Part shown: positions 61,949 to 64,000 of the stretch, piece by piece | Position numbering within the stretch: the stretch's first letter is position 1 | Layout: each line of letters begins with the position of its first letter | Made by a program: the position numbers and the translations under genes | Notes under the pieces: model-generated | What the model saw: the letters and a program-made list of their open reading frames with translations, nothing else | Database searches by the model: none | Told to the model about the DNA's origin: nothing | From: an uncultured Alphaproteobacteria bacterium | GTDB taxonomy: Bacteria > Pseudomonadota > Alphaproteobacteria > HIMB59 > GCA-002718135 | Length of the DNA: 64,000 bases | NCBI GenBank assembly: GCA_902614395.1 | Contig: CACMKW010000001.1 | Coordinates: 92,489 to 156,488, forward strand | Direction of reading: 5' to 3'

Positions 61949-64000
61949 AGTGAAAACAAAATTTTATTTAGATGAAAAGTTAGTTGAAGCAAATGCTGAT
62001 GAAACTATTTGGCAAGTTGCAAATAGACTTGGAACTGAAATCCCACACTTATGTTATTCCGATAAACCTGGCTATAGAGCAGATGGAAATTGTAGAGCAT
62101 GTATGGTTGAAATTGAAGGAGAACGTGTTTTGGCAGCATCTTGTATTAGAAAGCCAACTGATAGTATGAAAGTAAAAACTTCATCAGAAAAGGCTAAAGT
62201 ATCAAGAGAGTTAGTTTTTGAATTACTTCTAGCAGACCAGCCAAAAAAAGAAATTGCTCATGATAATAATTCTGACTTTTGGAAATGGATAGACAAAGTT
62301 GAAGTTAAAGAAAGTAGATTTCCAAAAAAAACTTCATGTCAGGCAGACGTTTCTCATCCTAGTATGGCCGTAAATCTAGATGCATGCATCCAATGTAATC
62401 TTTGTGTAAGAGCATGTAGAGAAGTTCAGGTCAACGATGTCATCGGAATGGCATATCGAGGAGAAAATTCTAAAATTGTATTCGATTTTGATGATCCAAT
62501 GGGTGACAGTACATGTGTGGCATGTGGTGAATGTGTACAAGCTTGTCCAACTGGAGCATTAATGCCGGCATCCATCGTAGATAAGGATGGTGTTGGTCAT
62601 ACTAAGGTAGATAAAAAAATTGATAGTGTTTGTCCTTATTGTGGTGTTGGTTGTCAGATAGAATACAATGTAAAAGATAACAAAATTAAATACGTTAATG
62701 GTGTTGATGGTCCCGCAAACAAGAATAGATTATGTGTAAAAGGAAGATTTGGTTTTGATTATGTAAATAATCCAGAAAGACTTACAAAGCCATTGATTAG
62801 AATTAAAGGTAAAGCAAAAGACTTACACCCAAGTATTAATTTTTCGAACATTCATGAATATTTTAGAGAAGCATCTTGGGATGAAGCTCTAGATTATGCT
62901 GCACAAGGATTTTTAAAACTTAATAAACAAAGAAATGGTAAGAGTAATCTTGCAGGTTTTGGATCAGCCAAATGTTCAAATGAAGAAGCTTATTTATTTC
63001 AAAAATTAATCAGAACTGGTTTTAATACAAATAATGTTGATCATTGTACAAGACTTTGTCATGCGTCTTCTGTAGCTGCTTTATTGGAAACAATTGGTTC
63101 AGGAGCTGTTACTGCTCCATTTTATGAAGTTGAACATTCAGATGTGATAATAGTCATTGGAGCAAATCCTACTGAAAACCATCCTGTTGCAGCAACTTTT
63201 TTTAAGAATGCTGCTAAAAAAGGTTCTAAATTAATTGTGATGGATCCTAGAGGTCATTCCTTAAAAAAACATGCAACTCATATGTTACAATTTAAACCAG
63301 GATCTGATGTTGCTCTCTTAAACTCAATAATGAATGTTATTGTCGAAGAAAATTTATTTAATTCCGAATATATTAAAAAACAAACTGAAGGATTTGAAAA
63401 ATTAAGAAAACATTTAATGAATTATTCACCTGATATAATGAAAAACGAAACAGGTATCGATCCAGAACTTATAAGAGAAGTAGCACGCTTATATGCCAAT
63501 ACAAATAAAGGAATAATTTTTTGGGGGATGGGGGTTTCTCAACACACACATGGTACGGACAATGCTAGATGTTTAATTTCTCTAGCTTTGATGACAGGGA
63601 ATGTTGGAAAAAGAGGATCTGGTTTACATCCTTTAAGAGGACAAAATAATGTTCAAGGAGCTTCTGATGCCGGTCTTATACCAATGATGTATCCTGATTA
63701 CCAATTAGTTGATAAAAATAATAATAAAGATTTCTTTGAAAAACTTTGGAACACTCCTCTAGATGATAAAAAAGGTCTAACTGTTGTTGAAATTATGGAT
63801 GCTATTCACGAGAATACAATTAAAGGTATGTATATACTTGGTGAAAATCCAGCAATGTCTGACCCTGATCTAAATCATGCAAGAGAAGCTCTACAAATGT
63901 TAGAGCATTTAGTTGTTCAAGATATTTTTTTAACTGAAACAGCAACATATGCGGATGTTATTTTCCCCGCTTCAGCATGGCCTGAAAAAAATGGAACAGT
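61941..64000 (+). CDS. fdsA: NAD-dependent formate dehydrogenase catalytic (molybdopterin) subunit, 5' 686 codons (continues beyond right window edge)
   Basis: Absent from the ORF track (no stop inside the window). ATG at 61941 overlaps the fdsB stop (tATGACTAA). Read in frame: 2Fe-2S CYSD...GNCRACMVEIEG; ferredoxin motifs ACIQCNLCVRACREVQ and CVACGECVQACPTGA; CPYCGVGCQ; active-site TRLCHASSV; window ends in DVIFPASAWPEKNGT. Confidence 0.9.
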   Translation, partial: MTKVKTKFYLDEKLVEANADETIWQVANRLGTEIPHLCYSDKPGYRADGNCRACMVEIEGERVLAASCIRKPTDSMKVKTSSEKAKVSRELVFELLLADQPKKEIAHDNNSDFWKWIDKVEVKESRFPKKTSCQADVSHPSMAVNLDACIQCNLCVRACREVQVNDVIGMAYRGENSKIVFDFDDPMGDSTCVACGECVQACPTGALMPASIVDKDGVGHTKVDKKIDSVCPYCGVGCQIEYNVKDNKIKYVNGVDGPANKNRLCVKGRFGFDYVNNPERLTKPLIRIKGKAKDLHPSINFSNIHEYFREASWDEALDYAAQGFLKLNKQRNGKSNLAGFGSAKCSNEEAYLFQKLIRTGFNTNNVDHCTRLCHASSVAALLETIGSGAVTAPFYEVEHSDVIIVIGANPTENHPVAATFFKNAAKKGSKLIVMDPRGHSLKKHATHMLQFKPGSDVALLNSIMNVIVEENLFNSEYIKKQTEGFEKLRKHLMNYSPDIMKNETGIDPELIREVARLYANTNKGIIFWGMGVSQHTHGTDNARCLISLALMTGNVGKRGSGLHPLRGQNNVQGASDAGLIPMMYPDYQLVDKNNNKDFFEKLWNTPLDDKKGLTVVEIMDAIHENTIKGMYILGENPAMSDPDLNHAREALQMLEHLVVQDIFLTETATYADVIFPASAWPEKNGT

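Noticed and set aside
61984-62169. 61-aa ORF in the track at the start of the region after fdsB.
   Set aside because: It is out of frame within the real fdsA reading frame (ATG 61941). That frame reads through Fe-S motifs CRACMVEIEG, CIQCNLCVRAC, CVACGECVQACP and CPYCGVGCQ and stays open to the window end.
63057-63059. Possible selenocysteine (in-frame TGA plus SECIS) at the FDH active site.
   Set aside because: The codon at the active-site position is TGT (Cys) in TRLCHASSV. No in-frame TGA occurs in the visible 686 codons.

Overview
The window reads as one contiguous chromosomal segment of a very streamlined, AT-rich marine alphaproteobacterium. Gene content, lysine/isoleucine/asparagine-rich proteins and near-zero spacers look like SAR11/Pelagibacterales; this is inference, no search was run. 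I can support 71 protein-coding genes (two cut by the window edges), two intrinsic terminators and one short intergenic repeat. I see no rRNA, tRNA, CRISPR, transposase, integrase or phage genes. The only regulators are YebC, a TrcR-like DUF1013 protein and RpoH. Blocks: (1) 0.6-18.4 kb is a methyl-group/one-carbon oxidation island: a DmdA/GcvT-like enzyme, dimethylglycine-dehydrogenase-type flavoenzyme, etfBA, ETF-QO, soxBDAG, fhs and a MetF-like protein. (2) 19.6-24.8 kb is a photolyase operon fused to a flavin oxidoreductase/DUF1365/Cfa-like/DUF2878 lipid-modification set. (3) 24.8-33.5 kb is housekeeping: rpmE, suhB, efp, gap, tkt, zapA, 5-FCL, ymdB-like, yebC. (4) 33.5-51.3 kb holds tolQRAB-pal-cpoB, tilS, ftsH, glmM, hisZ, purA, rpoH, rluD, xseB, tlyA, aroC, fabI and pdxH. 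(5) 51.3-56.1 kb is an overlapped operon of unknown-function membrane proteins (TauE-like, TIGR02186-like, Usp) plus a YeiH-like exporter. (6) 56.1-64 kb holds molybdenum-cofactor genes and an NAD-dependent formate dehydrogenase. Most of this is ordinary core metabolism. The best candidate for something undescribed is a 97-aa archaeal-Hjc-like PD-(D/E)XK nuclease occupying the ruvC position between yebC and tolQ. Next are the photolyase-linked lipid operon, an orphan DmdA-like demethylase, an orphan TupB-like permease and a TusA-like protein in the FDH/Moco cluster, an ATG-less ORF where pgk is expected, and extreme gene packing (shared TTAA stops, shared CATG starts). All functional calls come from reading motifs by eye and need profile or structure searches.
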